64,000 bases of DNA, taken from positions 3,842 through 67,841 of the forward strand of contig JBDNGQ010000209.1 in NCBI GenBank assembly GCA_041689205.1, given 5' to 3'. A program made the translations under genes and the position numbers. Position 1 is the first letter of the stretch; each line of letters opens with the position of its first letter. The notes under the pieces were generated by a model. The model saw nothing but the letters and a program-made list of their open reading frames with translations, ran no database searches and had not been told where the DNA came from. Of the stretch, positions 51,700 to 61,203 are shown one piece after another. This stretch comes from Pseudohongiellaceae bacterium. GTDB lineage: Bacteria; Pseudomonadota; Gammaproteobacteria; Pseudomonadales; Pseudohongiellaceae.

Positions 51700-52659
51700 A
51701 TGAAAGCTTTCCTAACCAGACATCTGCGTAGCTGCACCCTTTTGCACTTCGTGGAAAAAAGCAGACTGCTAAAAAACAGCTTCCTGAAAATCAGCAGCAT
51801 ACTGCTAGTACTGATGATTGGTCTTAGCAGTGCCAGCAGCATGGCCGACTTAAGCACCGCCATCAGCAGCATGGAGGATTCCAGTAACCCCCTGATGCTG
51901 ATGAAAACCTCCAGAGGAGACGTTTATCTGGAGTTATTCCCAGCCGCTGCGCCCCGTAATACCGCCAACTTCATTGCTCTGGCAGAGGCTACCGCCGAGC
52001 TCTCCCATCCCGAGACTGGAGAGCGCATCAGCGGCCATTATTACGATGGTTTATCCTTCCACAGAGTTCTGCCTGGTTATCTGATTCAGGCCGGTGCCCC
52101 TCTGAGTCCTGATCGAGCCGTGCCGAATTATCGTTTAAGGGATGAAATCAATGCCAGCGAGGCAGGCCTCAATCAGATCAAAATGCTGGAAGAAAGCAAT
52201 AAACCCCATCCCTGGCTCAATATCCGCGATAAGGCCGATTTTGAACAACGCATACTGGTTCCACTTTACCAGCGCATCAATATCAATGATCCACTTGAAC
52301 TGGCTGAACGGCAGTTTGAGGTACTAAATATGTTGCGCGAAATGACTTTACAGCAAGCTTACGAGAACCTGGGATACTCCTACAATGACACCCTGCCCTC
52401 ACGCAGACCCACCCGTGGCAGTCTGATCATGGCCAGTTCCGGGCCCAACAGTATCAGTGCCGAATTCTTCATCCCTGTTGTCGATACGCCCTGGTTGACC
52501 GGAATCAGCACGGTTATAGGCAATGTCGTTGAAGGCATGGAGGTGGTAGACCGAATTCATCAGCAATCAGCAAGTCGTCTCGCCAATCCACTGTCCATCA
52601 CCACTATCTATGAAATACGTCAGGCGGCAGGTGCCTCCGTTAATAATAATGGTCAATAA
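51700..52659 (+). CDS. Cyclophilin-like protein with a large internal insertion and non-canonical active-site residues
   Basis: Signal-like N-terminus and cyclophilin blocks (NFIALAE, YYDGLSFHRVLPGYLIQAG, GSLIMASSGPNSISAEFFI, VIGNVVEGMEVVDRI) separated by an insert of about 90 aa. The start is uncertain (51685 TTG or 51700 ATG). Confidence 0.7.
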   Translation: MKAFLTRHLRSCTLLHFVEKSRLLKNSFLKISSILLVLMIGLSSASSMADLSTAISSMEDSSNPLMLMKTSRGDVYLELFPAAAPRNTANFIALAEATAELSHPETGERISGHYYDGLSFHRVLPGYLIQAGAPLSPDRAVPNYRLRDEINASEAGLNQIKMLEESNKPHPWLNIRDKADFEQRILVPLYQRININDPLELAERQFEVLNMLREMTLQQAYENLGYSYNDTLPSRRPTRGSLIMASSGPNSISAEFFIPVVDTPWLTGISTVIGNVVEGMEVVDRIHQQSASRLANPLSITTIYEIRQAAGASVNNNGQ

Positions 52660-52724
52660 CAAGGCCAGAGCAAGTACCGCTCAAAGCAGCCAGATAAGAT
52701 GATCACCAACAAGGAGTTCAGTCA

Positions 52725-52940
52725 GTGCCCAAAAAATCAACAGCAGCCAGAAAAGCCCCAAAGCGTAAAAGCACCAGCGTCCTCGCATTGAGCATCACGG
52801 TAGGAATTTTTCTCGGTATTGGTCTGGGAGCCTTAATGGACGCCTTGCTTGTGGTAATTATCATCACCCTGACGGCCAGTGCGGCAATCGGATATTACAT
52901 CGATAAAAAAAATGGCATCAGCTATCGTCGCAAGACTTGA
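52725..52940 (+). CDS. Small two-TM membrane protein, unknown function
   Basis: 71 aa. It has a GTG start with AAGGAG about 8 nt upstream, a basic N-terminus, two hydrophobic helices and a basic C-terminus. Confidence 0.55.
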   Translation: MPKKSTAARKAPKRKSTSVLALSITVGIFLGIGLGALMDALLVVIIITLTASAAIGYYIDKKNGISYRRKT

Positions 52941-52943
52941 GGC

Positions 52944-55193
52944 TTAGACCAGTGTCGTCTGAGTCTGTGGCTCAGGCGGGAAAATGTCGCGCCGATATGG
53001 CGGTAGTGAATTTAAAATTGCTTCTCCATAACGTTTGCTCACAACCCGCTCATCAAATAAGGTAATTCTGCCTGTATCGGTCTCACTGCGCAGCAAGCGG
53101 CCGCTCGCCTGCACCAGTCGAAACGCCGCTTCCGGAACCGATAAAGTCATAAACGGATTCTTGCCCTGCTGCTCCAGCCACTGTGCCAGAGTCGCTTCAA
53201 TCGGATCATTTGGAACCGCAAACGGGATCTTGGCAATCAACACATGCATGCAGTACTTGCCCGGTAAATCGACGCCTTCGGCAAAACTGGCAAGACCAAA
53301 GATAATGCTGGGTTCGCCTTTATCAATGCGCTGCCGGTGAAACTTCAGTAACTGTGCTTTCTGATAATCATCCTGACATAGAATGATCTGACGCCACTCT
53401 TTATCGAGCCCCTCAAGCACCTCAAGCATTTGCCGCCGAGAACTGAATAGCATCAGAGCGGCTTCCTGTCGATTCAGCATTTTTGGAAGCAGGCGTACGA
53501 TGGCAGCGGTGTGACGCACTGTATCGGCAGGATCGCAGTCCAGCTTTGGTATCACAAGGCAGGCGGCATTTTGATAATCAAACGGACTAATGATGCGATG
53601 GTATTGAGTGTGTGACGGTAATCCAGCGCGCATTCTAAGCACATCAAACTGTCCCAGTGCCGAAAGCGTTGCCGAGGTCAGCACCGCTCCGGCGCATACA
53701 TCCCATAATTTTTCACTGAGCGTTTTAGCTGCCAGCACTGGACTGCATGACAAGGTAATATCGCTGACTCCTCCATAGTCACTCAGGCTCAGCCAGCGCG
53801 CCCAGGGTGCCTCAGTGGGCGGATCCGTTCTGGCAAAATGCAACCATAACTTCTGGTTCGCCTCAGCCCGGCTGGCCATCCCTCCTATCAATGGAAACCA
53901 TTGCTCGGCATGTTGGCGCGCCTGCAAGCTCTCGCCTTCCTCCATCTCGCGCTTTAGATCGCTACTGATACCCTGCATCAAGCTGCTCAACTGGCCAAAG
54001 CGATTATTAAAATCTGCACCCAGATCGCGGAACTCTTTGGGTACAACACCGAGTTGGAATGCAAACTGTGGTGAGTTGTCGGCGCGCGAATCACGCCTGG
54101 CTTCAGGAGCAATAGACTGTGCCAACTGTTCAAACAAGGGCATCGAATCACTCAACACCCGCTCCAGACCCCGAAACAGATCATTAATCCGCAGTTGTTC
54201 GCGCTGAATGGTTGATCTGCTGCTTATTACTGTATCCGCAGCCAGTTTGCTCAGGGTTTTCGCAGATTGCTCCAGCCACTGAATGCTGCCGCGCAAACGC
54301 GTAAAACAGGCGAAGTGCTGATTACTCTTTAGAGGCAGATGGTGAGCTTCATCAAAAATATAAATCGTATCGGCGGGGTCGGGCAGGATGACACCGCCTC
54401 CCAGCGCCAGATCTGCCAGCACCAGATCATGATTAGCCACGATACAGTCAGCTTTCTGGACCTCGTCGCGGGCCTGATAAAAACAACAGTTGGAATAGTT
54501 GCTGCATTTCTGCCCAGAGCACTGGCCGTGCTCTACAGTAACCGGAGCCCAATCACTGTCCATGATCAGATTTTCCCAGTCATCACGGTCACCATGCCAC
54601 TGTCCGGCATTGAGTTTATGCAGCATATCTTCATACAGGGCCAGTCTATTGCTGTCCGGTGCGTCCAGCAGTTCACCGTACAAATCCGCCATCGCATTCT
54701 GACTGGCATTGCCCTGCATCAACAGGCCGAGCTTGGATAAACACAGATATCGACCGCGTCCTTTGGCCAGCGTGAAGCTAAAATCAAGTACACCCAGATC
54801 ACAGTACGCCTTGATGTCAGGCAGATCTTTTAAAGTAACCTGCTCCTGCAGCGCGACGGTTGCCGTGGATAGAACTACTTTCTTACCCAGGGACTTCGCC
54901 AGCGGCAGTGTCCCTAACACATAAGCCAGAGTTTTACCCGTACCAGTGCCCGCTTCAACAACACAAATCGGTCCTGCCGGACGCGGCTCAGCATCCGGAT
55001 CTCCATCCCAATCCTGTCCGGAGTCGCCGCGCTCAGTCTTGCTCGCGGCAGGTATCACTGACAAAGAGCGCGCAATCTCCGCAATCATCTGCCGCTGTCC
55101 AACGCGGGGGCGCAGAGACTTTTCTGCAAGAATCTGCTTATATGCATGCTGAATAGTCTGTTTTACTTTTTCGGAAAGCATAGTGGCGGACAC
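52944..55193 (-). CDS. dinG: ATP-dependent DNA helicase, DinG family (Fe-S, XPD-like)
   Basis: Walker A AGTGTGKTLAY, the DEAH box (FDEAHHL) and a Cys cluster (CSGQKCSNYSNCCFYQ). Confidence 0.9.
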   Translation of the reverse strand: MSATMLSEKVKQTIQHAYKQILAEKSLRPRVGQRQMIAEIARSLSVIPAASKTERGDSGQDWDGDPDAEPRPAGPICVVEAGTGTGKTLAYVLGTLPLAKSLGKKVVLSTATVALQEQVTLKDLPDIKAYCDLGVLDFSFTLAKGRGRYLCLSKLGLLMQGNASQNAMADLYGELLDAPDSNRLALYEDMLHKLNAGQWHGDRDDWENLIMDSDWAPVTVEHGQCSGQKCSNYSNCCFYQARDEVQKADCIVANHDLVLADLALGGGVILPDPADTIYIFDEAHHLPLKSNQHFACFTRLRGSIQWLEQSAKTLSKLAADTVISSRSTIQREQLRINDLFRGLERVLSDSMPLFEQLAQSIAPEARRDSRADNSPQFAFQLGVVPKEFRDLGADFNNRFGQLSSLMQGISSDLKREMEEGESLQARQHAEQWFPLIGGMASRAEANQKLWLHFARTDPPTEAPWARWLSLSDYGGVSDITLSCSPVLAAKTLSEKLWDVCAGAVLTSATLSALGQFDVLRMRAGLPSHTQYHRIISPFDYQNAACLVIPKLDCDPADTVRHTAAIVRLLPKMLNRQEAALMLFSSRRQMLEVLEGLDKEWRQIILCQDDYQKAQLLKFHRQRIDKGEPSIIFGLASFAEGVDLPGKYCMHVLIAKIPFAVPNDPIEATLAQWLEQQGKNPFMTLSVPEAAFRLVQASGRLLRSETDTGRITLFDERVVSKRYGEAILNSLPPYRRDIFPPEPQTQTTLV

Positions 55194-55447
55194 TTCGAAT
55201 AAATTCAGGGAAAATAACGTGTCTATTTGCTTATTTTAAAGCAACGCGACTCATTGCTGTGATTATAGCACCTGTCTGATATGATACGCGGACGCAAAAT
55301 TGAACCGCGAAATAGAACTGAACAAAAGAACTGAACAACAGAAAATCAATAGAAAAGAGTCCCGCAGGGGATGATTCATAAACCCTTACTGAAACCGTAT
55401 CTGAATAACACGCAGCACGGAATAGAAGACTTAAGAGAAAGCTGTAC

Positions 55448-58078
55448 ATGACTTTTCCCACAGAATTGCAAGATCGCTGGCAGCACACGGACCCCGAAAT
55501 TCGACTGCAGGCACTCGATGACCTTGAAACTTCCGCCGCTAGTGCAAGTCTAGGCACTGCTGTTCAGGAGATATTTGTGCAGATCGCCAGCACAGATTCG
55601 GATAATCGAGTTCGCAGCGCGGCCGCACATAAAGTTACTGATATAAATCTGTTGGACCAGTTGTGTCATATTGTCCGTCAAAAAGACAAAGCGGTTTACA
55701 AATTCTGCAAAGAAAAACTCAATTCCATTCATGAATTACAGGCACAGCAGACAGCTGCAGCGGCACGTGCGCTGCAAGTATGTATGAGTCTGGAAACACT
55801 GGCCTCGAAAGCTATCGGCCCATTGACTGGTGCGCAATATCACTACCAGCTCTCGCAGTGGCAGGAAAGCAGCAATGCCGGTAATGATGAACTGCAGCAA
55901 CGCGTCAATGCCGCCAGTGCAATTCTTGCCGAAAAAGTAGGACAGTTCGTCAGCGACCGAACTCAGCAGATCGTCATGCAGCAAAGTATGGAACAGCTAA
56001 GGGCAGGATTCAGCAGTGCGGAAGTATTTATGACTACTCTGCACGCACCCATTGACGACGAACAAATGCAGTCGCTCGGACAACATCTGCATGAACTGCA
56101 ATCGCTGCTTGCGGCTTTCCCTGAGCTGTTACCAGACAGCACTGAAGCAGACGCTCAATCAAATACTGATTCACGTGAATTGCTGAAGCAAAGCAATGCG
56201 TTGCTCAAACTCATGAGTTCCTGTCATCAGGCATGGCAACAACTGCAAAGCCGGACAGGAGAGCTCGACAAACTGCAGATTGCGGTCAAAAAAGCCTCAA
56301 CTAAAGACAACAAAGTTTTAATAGATTTGCAGAAGCGCCTTGATAAATTATTTGCTGCGATAAACTGGCCAGAAAAGCTGCCAGCAAGCGCCGCCCATCA
56401 GCAGTACAAAGATGTCCTCACTGCACTTGCCGCTATTCAATCTAAAAATGCTGAGTGGCAAACGAAAATCCTGACTGATGCAAGCGCTGATCTTGTCCTG
56501 CTGGAGCAGAGTATCGAACAGGGTCATCTGAGTGAAGCTCAGAAATTGTGGGATAAAGTAAACAACGCCAGCAATAAGACAGCCGAAAAAGCACGACTGG
56601 CATTACAGGAGCAGCTGCTGCCTTATAAAGTGCGTATCACTGAACTGCAAGACTGGAAGAATTTCGCGACCACTGAAAAGAAAAAAGAATTGATCGAAAA
56701 AATGCAACACCTGCTGGATGTTAATCAGCCGCCGCCGCAAAAAGCCAAGACCATAAGAGCACTCCAGGAAGATTGGAAAAAGCTCGGACACTCAGACGAC
56801 AACGATAGTCTGTGGGCTCAGTTTAATGAGCTGGCTCATAAAGCCTTTGAACCCTGCAAAGAGTATTTCAAAGAGCGCAAAGACAAGATGAGCGCTAATC
56901 TCAAAGAACGCAATCGCATTTGTGATGAGCTTGAACAGTTCATTGCCACTGTCAGTCCGGATGCGTTAAATATCTCTGACACCAGCAAGCTTGAAGCTGT
57001 CGCGCAGGAGGAATGGAAGAAGTATGCACCCGTAGCGCAGAACAAAATTAAGAATCTGCAGAAACGTTTTAATAACATTCTTAATTCACTGCGTCAGTTG
57101 AAACGAAAAACCCTGCAACATAATGCTGACAGGAAACTGGAATTTATCAAGCGGGCAGAAAAACTGCTGGAACTGGACGATTTCAAGGAAGCAATAAATG
57201 CTGCGAAGGGCCTGCAGAATGAATGGAAGACTATTGGTCCATCGCCTTACAAAGAAGATCGCAACCACTGGAACACCTTCCGTCAAGCCTGCGATAAGTT
57301 ATTTAGCAAGCGCGACGAACAGATAAAAGAGCAGAAAACTGAAGCTCGCAAAGTTGTCTCTGCTGCGCGTGAGACATTGAAAAAAATTAACGAGTTGTTG
57401 AATCTTAGCGACGAAGAATTTCTACAGTCCAAGAAGCAGTTTGCAGAACTCAAAGAAGCTTTTTACAGTCAGCTGAATCCAGATATGAAGACGGAGCGAC
57501 GACAGCTGATTGAACAATTTGAAACGGCCAGCAAGAAATACGAATCCAGACAGCGTGCCGCGCCAGACCGAAAAAGTCTGCAGCTGATTAATCAGGTAAA
57601 AGCCAAAGCAGAGTTCTGTCAGAAGCTTGAAACTGCGTTACTCGCTCGAACCCCTGAAGCTGCTGACACGGACGCGGAACAACTGCGAGGGCACTGGCAG
57701 GCATTTGATGCAATCAGTGAACCTGAACTGGAGCAGAAAATGGAGAAGCGATTCAAACTGCTATGTCAAAATTCCGCTGATTTGACCAGGCTGAAAAAAC
57801 TTTCCGCCGATAATGACACTATTGCCAGAGAGTTATGTGTCGAAATGGAAATCCAGGCAGGCGTGGATTCACCCGCGCAAGACAAAGCTTTGCGTATGAA
57901 GATTCAATTGAATCACCTCAAGCATGATTTCGGTCAGACCCGTCATGCTGGCAAGAGCAAAATGCAGCTGATTAACGAGCTTGAAATGCAACTGCTGTGC
58001 ACCGGGCCGCTTGATCCGGCAACTCGTACGGCATTGCATTTGAGAACCGGCAGCATCAAAGCAAAACTCAGCAGCTAA
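55448..58078 (+). CDS. DUF349 repeat protein
   Basis: 876 aa, coiled-coil-rich, with recurring ...W(K/Q)..G motifs (EDWKKLGH, NEWKTIGP, EEWKKYAP) characteristic of DUF349. Confidence 0.78.
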   Translation: MTFPTELQDRWQHTDPEIRLQALDDLETSAASASLGTAVQEIFVQIASTDSDNRVRSAAAHKVTDINLLDQLCHIVRQKDKAVYKFCKEKLNSIHELQAQQTAAAARALQVCMSLETLASKAIGPLTGAQYHYQLSQWQESSNAGNDELQQRVNAASAILAEKVGQFVSDRTQQIVMQQSMEQLRAGFSSAEVFMTTLHAPIDDEQMQSLGQHLHELQSLLAAFPELLPDSTEADAQSNTDSRELLKQSNALLKLMSSCHQAWQQLQSRTGELDKLQIAVKKASTKDNKVLIDLQKRLDKLFAAINWPEKLPASAAHQQYKDVLTALAAIQSKNAEWQTKILTDASADLVLLEQSIEQGHLSEAQKLWDKVNNASNKTAEKARLALQEQLLPYKVRITELQDWKNFATTEKKKELIEKMQHLLDVNQPPPQKAKTIRALQEDWKKLGHSDDNDSLWAQFNELAHKAFEPCKEYFKERKDKMSANLKERNRICDELEQFIATVSPDALNISDTSKLEAVAQEEWKKYAPVAQNKIKNLQKRFNNILNSLRQLKRKTLQHNADRKLEFIKRAEKLLELDDFKEAINAAKGLQNEWKTIGPSPYKEDRNHWNTFRQACDKLFSKRDEQIKEQKTEARKVVSAARETLKKINELLNLSDEEFLQSKKQFAELKEAFYSQLNPDMKTERRQLIEQFETASKKYESRQRAAPDRKSLQLINQVKAKAEFCQKLETALLARTPEAADTDAEQLRGHWQAFDAISEPELEQKMEKRFKLLCQNSADLTRLKKLSADNDTIARELCVEMEIQAGVDSPAQDKALRMKIQLNHLKHDFGQTRHAGKSKMQLINELEMQLLCTGPLDPATRTALHLRTGSIKAKLSS

Positions 58079-58084
58079 GAAAAT

Positions 58085-59287
58085 CTACTCTTTCAGATCG
58101 GCAAGCAGTGCGATCTGGCTAAACGGATCTTCCTGAGAAGCGGCGTAACGGCTGATCACTGGATTAGCATACATCTGTAGCAGATAAGGCCTGATTTTTT
58201 CGTCCGCTGCCTGCAGACGTTTCTCAAATTCAGCTTTCGCTTCCTCAATCCGCCCGGCATCGTTACCGGGCAAAGATTCCAGCAGCGGTACCAGTTCCGG
58301 AGCACTTTGCTGAAGTTTTTCCAGAGCCACATAATTACTGTTCTGCAACAAATAATTATCAATAATCTGCTTATCAATCAAACTGGCGATTTGGTCAGGA
58401 TCATCACTGACAATTCCCAATTCCTTTCCGAAGCTGACATGAACATGGCCCTTATAACCGACCATTCCAGTGACTATGCTGTGAATATCACTTTGTTCAT
58501 CTTTCTGATATGAGCCGGCTTCTTTCTTTTGATAAAGCTCACTGGCTTTAAGCGCATCACAGGGATCAAATTCATAAGAAATTGCCACCGGTACAATGTG
58601 TAAGGCTGACAAGGCAGCACCCAGACCTTCGTCTCTTTTTGACATCCCCAGCATTTTCAACAACGCGGGATCTGTGCGATCGACACCATCTTTAGCGCGC
58701 CCTTCACGTTGTGCTATCCAGACATTACGCTTTAATTCGATACAGTGATGGATATAAGCAGATAATTGCTTCGAAGATTTCAGCATTTCCCGGCCTTTCA
58801 GGGAGCGCCTGACGATGAAGCTTTTATTCAAACGCATTAAATCATTGACGAACGGGCGTTTTAGAAGATTATCGCCAATAGCAATATAGACAGTGTCGCA
58901 GCCAGCGTGATACAGCATGTAATTCACAAATGCGGGATCCATGGCGATATCACGATGATTACTGATAAATAGATAAGAACGATCTGATTTTAGATTCTCC
59001 AGCCCTGAATGAGTCAGGCTGGAGGTGGTTTTTTCAATCATTTCGTCCATGTAGCGTGCTATCACTGTCTGCATGCCAGCAATATCACGGACATCTTTTA
59101 ATTCATTGCTTAATTTCCTTCGGCTTAGAAAACGCACCAGAAAAGGCAGGGCTTTGTACAAGCGCGGACGGCTGAAGCCGCCAATACTGCTTATAAATCC
59201 GTCATCAGCCAGCAGCGAATCGAGCACCGGGCGGACCTCGTCATCGTTATAAGGTCGAATGTCCTGAAATTGATCGATTGTATCCAT
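58085..59287 (-). CDS. Lysophospholipid/glycerol-phosphate acyltransferase (LPLAT) family protein
   Basis: 400 aa with an acyltransferase block I-like SNHRDIAMD, FIVRR and EGRAKDG motifs. Confidence 0.75.
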   Translation of the reverse strand: MDTIDQFQDIRPYNDDEVRPVLDSLLADDGFISSIGGFSRPRLYKALPFLVRFLSRRKLSNELKDVRDIAGMQTVIARYMDEMIEKTTSSLTHSGLENLKSDRSYLFISNHRDIAMDPAFVNYMLYHAGCDTVYIAIGDNLLKRPFVNDLMRLNKSFIVRRSLKGREMLKSSKQLSAYIHHCIELKRNVWIAQREGRAKDGVDRTDPALLKMLGMSKRDEGLGAALSALHIVPVAISYEFDPCDALKASELYQKKEAGSYQKDEQSDIHSIVTGMVGYKGHVHVSFGKELGIVSDDPDQIASLIDKQIIDNYLLQNSNYVALEKLQQSAPELVPLLESLPGNDAGRIEEAKAEFEKRLQAADEKIRPYLLQMYANPVISRYAASQEDPFSQIALLADLKE

Positions 59288-59320
59288 AGTCTGACTCAGC
59301 GGATTAAAGCGGCAGCGATT

Positions 59321-61135
59321 CTAACCATTTTGCCCAACCCTGGCAAACTGGTCAGGTAATGACTTGTGGCCATCCTGTCCCGAGAACTGCAACTCGGCAA
59401 GCCGCGCGTACAAAGGGCAACTTAACAGCAGTTCCTGATGACTTCCCTGGGCAATTAAGCCGCCCTTCTCCATAACCGCAATCCGGTCTACATTGATGAC
59501 CGTTGCAAGGCGATGCGCAATTATAATCGTCGTGCGATTGCGCATAAGCTGCTCCAGTGCCATCTGAACCTTGCGCTCACTCTCCGCATCCAGCGCGCTT
59601 GTTGCCTCATCCAGCAACAGAATTTCCGGATTTTTCAAGATGGCCCGCGCAATCGCAATACGCTGTCTTTGTCCCCCTGACAATCGAATGCCTGATTCTC
59701 CCAGGAAGCTTTTGTACCCACGGGGTAGCTGCTCGATAAACTCATGGGCATGGGCAGATTTGGCCGCTTCAATCACTTCTTCGTCGCTGGCATCCGGTCG
59801 GCCATAGCGGATGTTTTCGAACACATCACCGGTGAACATCGCCGGCTGCTGAGAGACTATTGCGATATGACTGCGCAGCTCAATCGGATCCACGGTGCGA
59901 ATATCGACTCCGTCAATCAGTATGTTGCCGGACTTAGGATCATAAAAGCGCAGCAGCAAATCGAACAGTGTGGACTTGCCTGCGCCTGATGGCCCCACCA
60001 ACGCCAGACTGCTGGCGGCCTTGATATCAAGTGACAGGTTTAGAATCGCAGCCGTGTCTGGCCTTGAGGGGTAATAAAAACTGAGTCTTTCGATCTTGAT
60101 CAGACCTTGAAACGGGGTCGGGAAACTTATCGGCTGCACGGGAGCCACAATGTCACTCTCAGCATTCAACAGCTCCAGCAGGCGCTCGGTAGCGCCGGCA
60201 GCACGCTGCAGATCGCCTATCACCTGACTGATTGCACCGACTGCTGCAGCCACCATCACGGCGTACACCACAAAGGCGGTCAGTTCACCGGCGGACATGC
60301 GACCATTAATGACATCCTGGCCACCAACCCAGATCATAACTGCCACTGCAGCAAACACCAGTGTCATCACTATCGTAATTAATAATGAACGAGACTTGAT
60401 GCGCGCCAGCGCTACCTTGAACGCTGACTCCACATGAGCAGAGAATTGAATATCATCGGCACGTTGATGATTGTATGCCTGCACGGTTTTAATCTGCTGG
60501 ATACTTTCCCCGACATAGGCGCCCACATTGGCAATCTCATCCTGGCTGCTGCGTGAAAGTTTTCGCACCCGTCGACCAAATATCATAATGGGGCCGATCA
60601 CCAGGGGTATACACAACAACACGATGCTGGTTAATTTTGGATTGGTAATGAACAAGAATATAGTGCCACCAAACAGTATCAAAATATTGCGCAGAGCAAT
60701 TGAAACCGAAGATCCAATTACGGTTTGCAGCAGTGTGGTGTCAGTAGTGATGCGTGACTGAATTTCACCACTGATGTTTTCTTCAAAATAGCCGGGATGC
60801 AAACTGATCAGATGAGTGAAAACCGCCTTGCGCATATCTGCGGTAACACGCTCGCCCAGCCACGACACCCAGTAGAAACGAGCGAATGTGCCCAGAGCCT
60901 GGAGTATCGCAGCGATAAGAAAACCAATAATTGCCCAGCGCAGAGACTGAGTGGAACCTGCAACAAAACCAGAATCCACAATGATCCGGACAAACTGCAC
61001 CAGACCCAGGGTAACGCCAGCCGTAAGCACCAGTGCAACAGTGGCGATGAACATTTGTGTTTTGTAGGGAGTGATGAAGCGTAATGCCTGGATCAGGCCA
61101 GCTGTGTGTTTAACGGGAAGTAACAAACCAGGCAT
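59321..61135 (-). CDS. ABC transporter, fused permease/ATPase (MsbA-like exporter family)
   Basis: Six-TM domain plus an NBD with GPSGAGKST, LSGGQRQR and LLLDEATSALD. The start is uncertain (61198, 61159 or 61135). Confidence 0.88.
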   Translation of the reverse strand: MPGLLLPVKHTAGLIQALRFITPYKTQMFIATVALVLTAGVTLGLVQFVRIIVDSGFVAGSTQSLRWAIIGFLIAAILQALGTFARFYWVSWLGERVTADMRKAVFTHLISLHPGYFEENISGEIQSRITTDTTLLQTVIGSSVSIALRNILILFGGTIFLFITNPKLTSIVLLCIPLVIGPIMIFGRRVRKLSRSSQDEIANVGAYVGESIQQIKTVQAYNHQRADDIQFSAHVESAFKVALARIKSRSLLITIVMTLVFAAVAVMIWVGGQDVINGRMSAGELTAFVVYAVMVAAAVGAISQVIGDLQRAAGATERLLELLNAESDIVAPVQPISFPTPFQGLIKIERLSFYYPSRPDTAAILNLSLDIKAASSLALVGPSGAGKSTLFDLLLRFYDPKSGNILIDGVDIRTVDPIELRSHIAIVSQQPAMFTGDVFENIRYGRPDASDEEVIEAAKSAHAHEFIEQLPRGYKSFLGESGIRLSGGQRQRIAIARAILKNPEILLLDEATSALDAESERKVQMALEQLMRNRTTIIIAHRLATVINVDRIAVMEKGGLIAQGSHQELLLSCPLYARLAELQFSGQDGHKSLPDQFARVGQNG

Positions 61136-61203
61136 AATTTGTGTCCAGAAACGGAAGATCATACTCCTGTGCAGAGTGCAGAGCAAAATTGCGTTCAATT
61201 ACG

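Noticed and set aside
55194-55447. Looked for a LexA (SOS) box upstream of dinG
   Set aside because: I saw no CTGT-N8-ACAG or CTG-N10-CAG match. The nearest strings (CTGTGATTATAGCACC) fail on the right half-site.
55371-55451. 26-codon upstream ORF (MIHKPLLKPYLNNTQHGIEDLRESCT) whose TGA overlaps the DUF349 ATG (ATGA)
   Set aside because: The purine tract AGGGG abuts the ATG with essentially no spacing and the peptide has no distinctive features. It is probably a chance ORF. Only Ribo-seq could rescue it.
55231-55557. 108-aa minus-strand ORF spanning the dinG/DUF349 intergenic region
   Set aside because: It overlaps the well-supported DUF349 start, has odd Cys/Ser/Phe-rich composition and has no SD.
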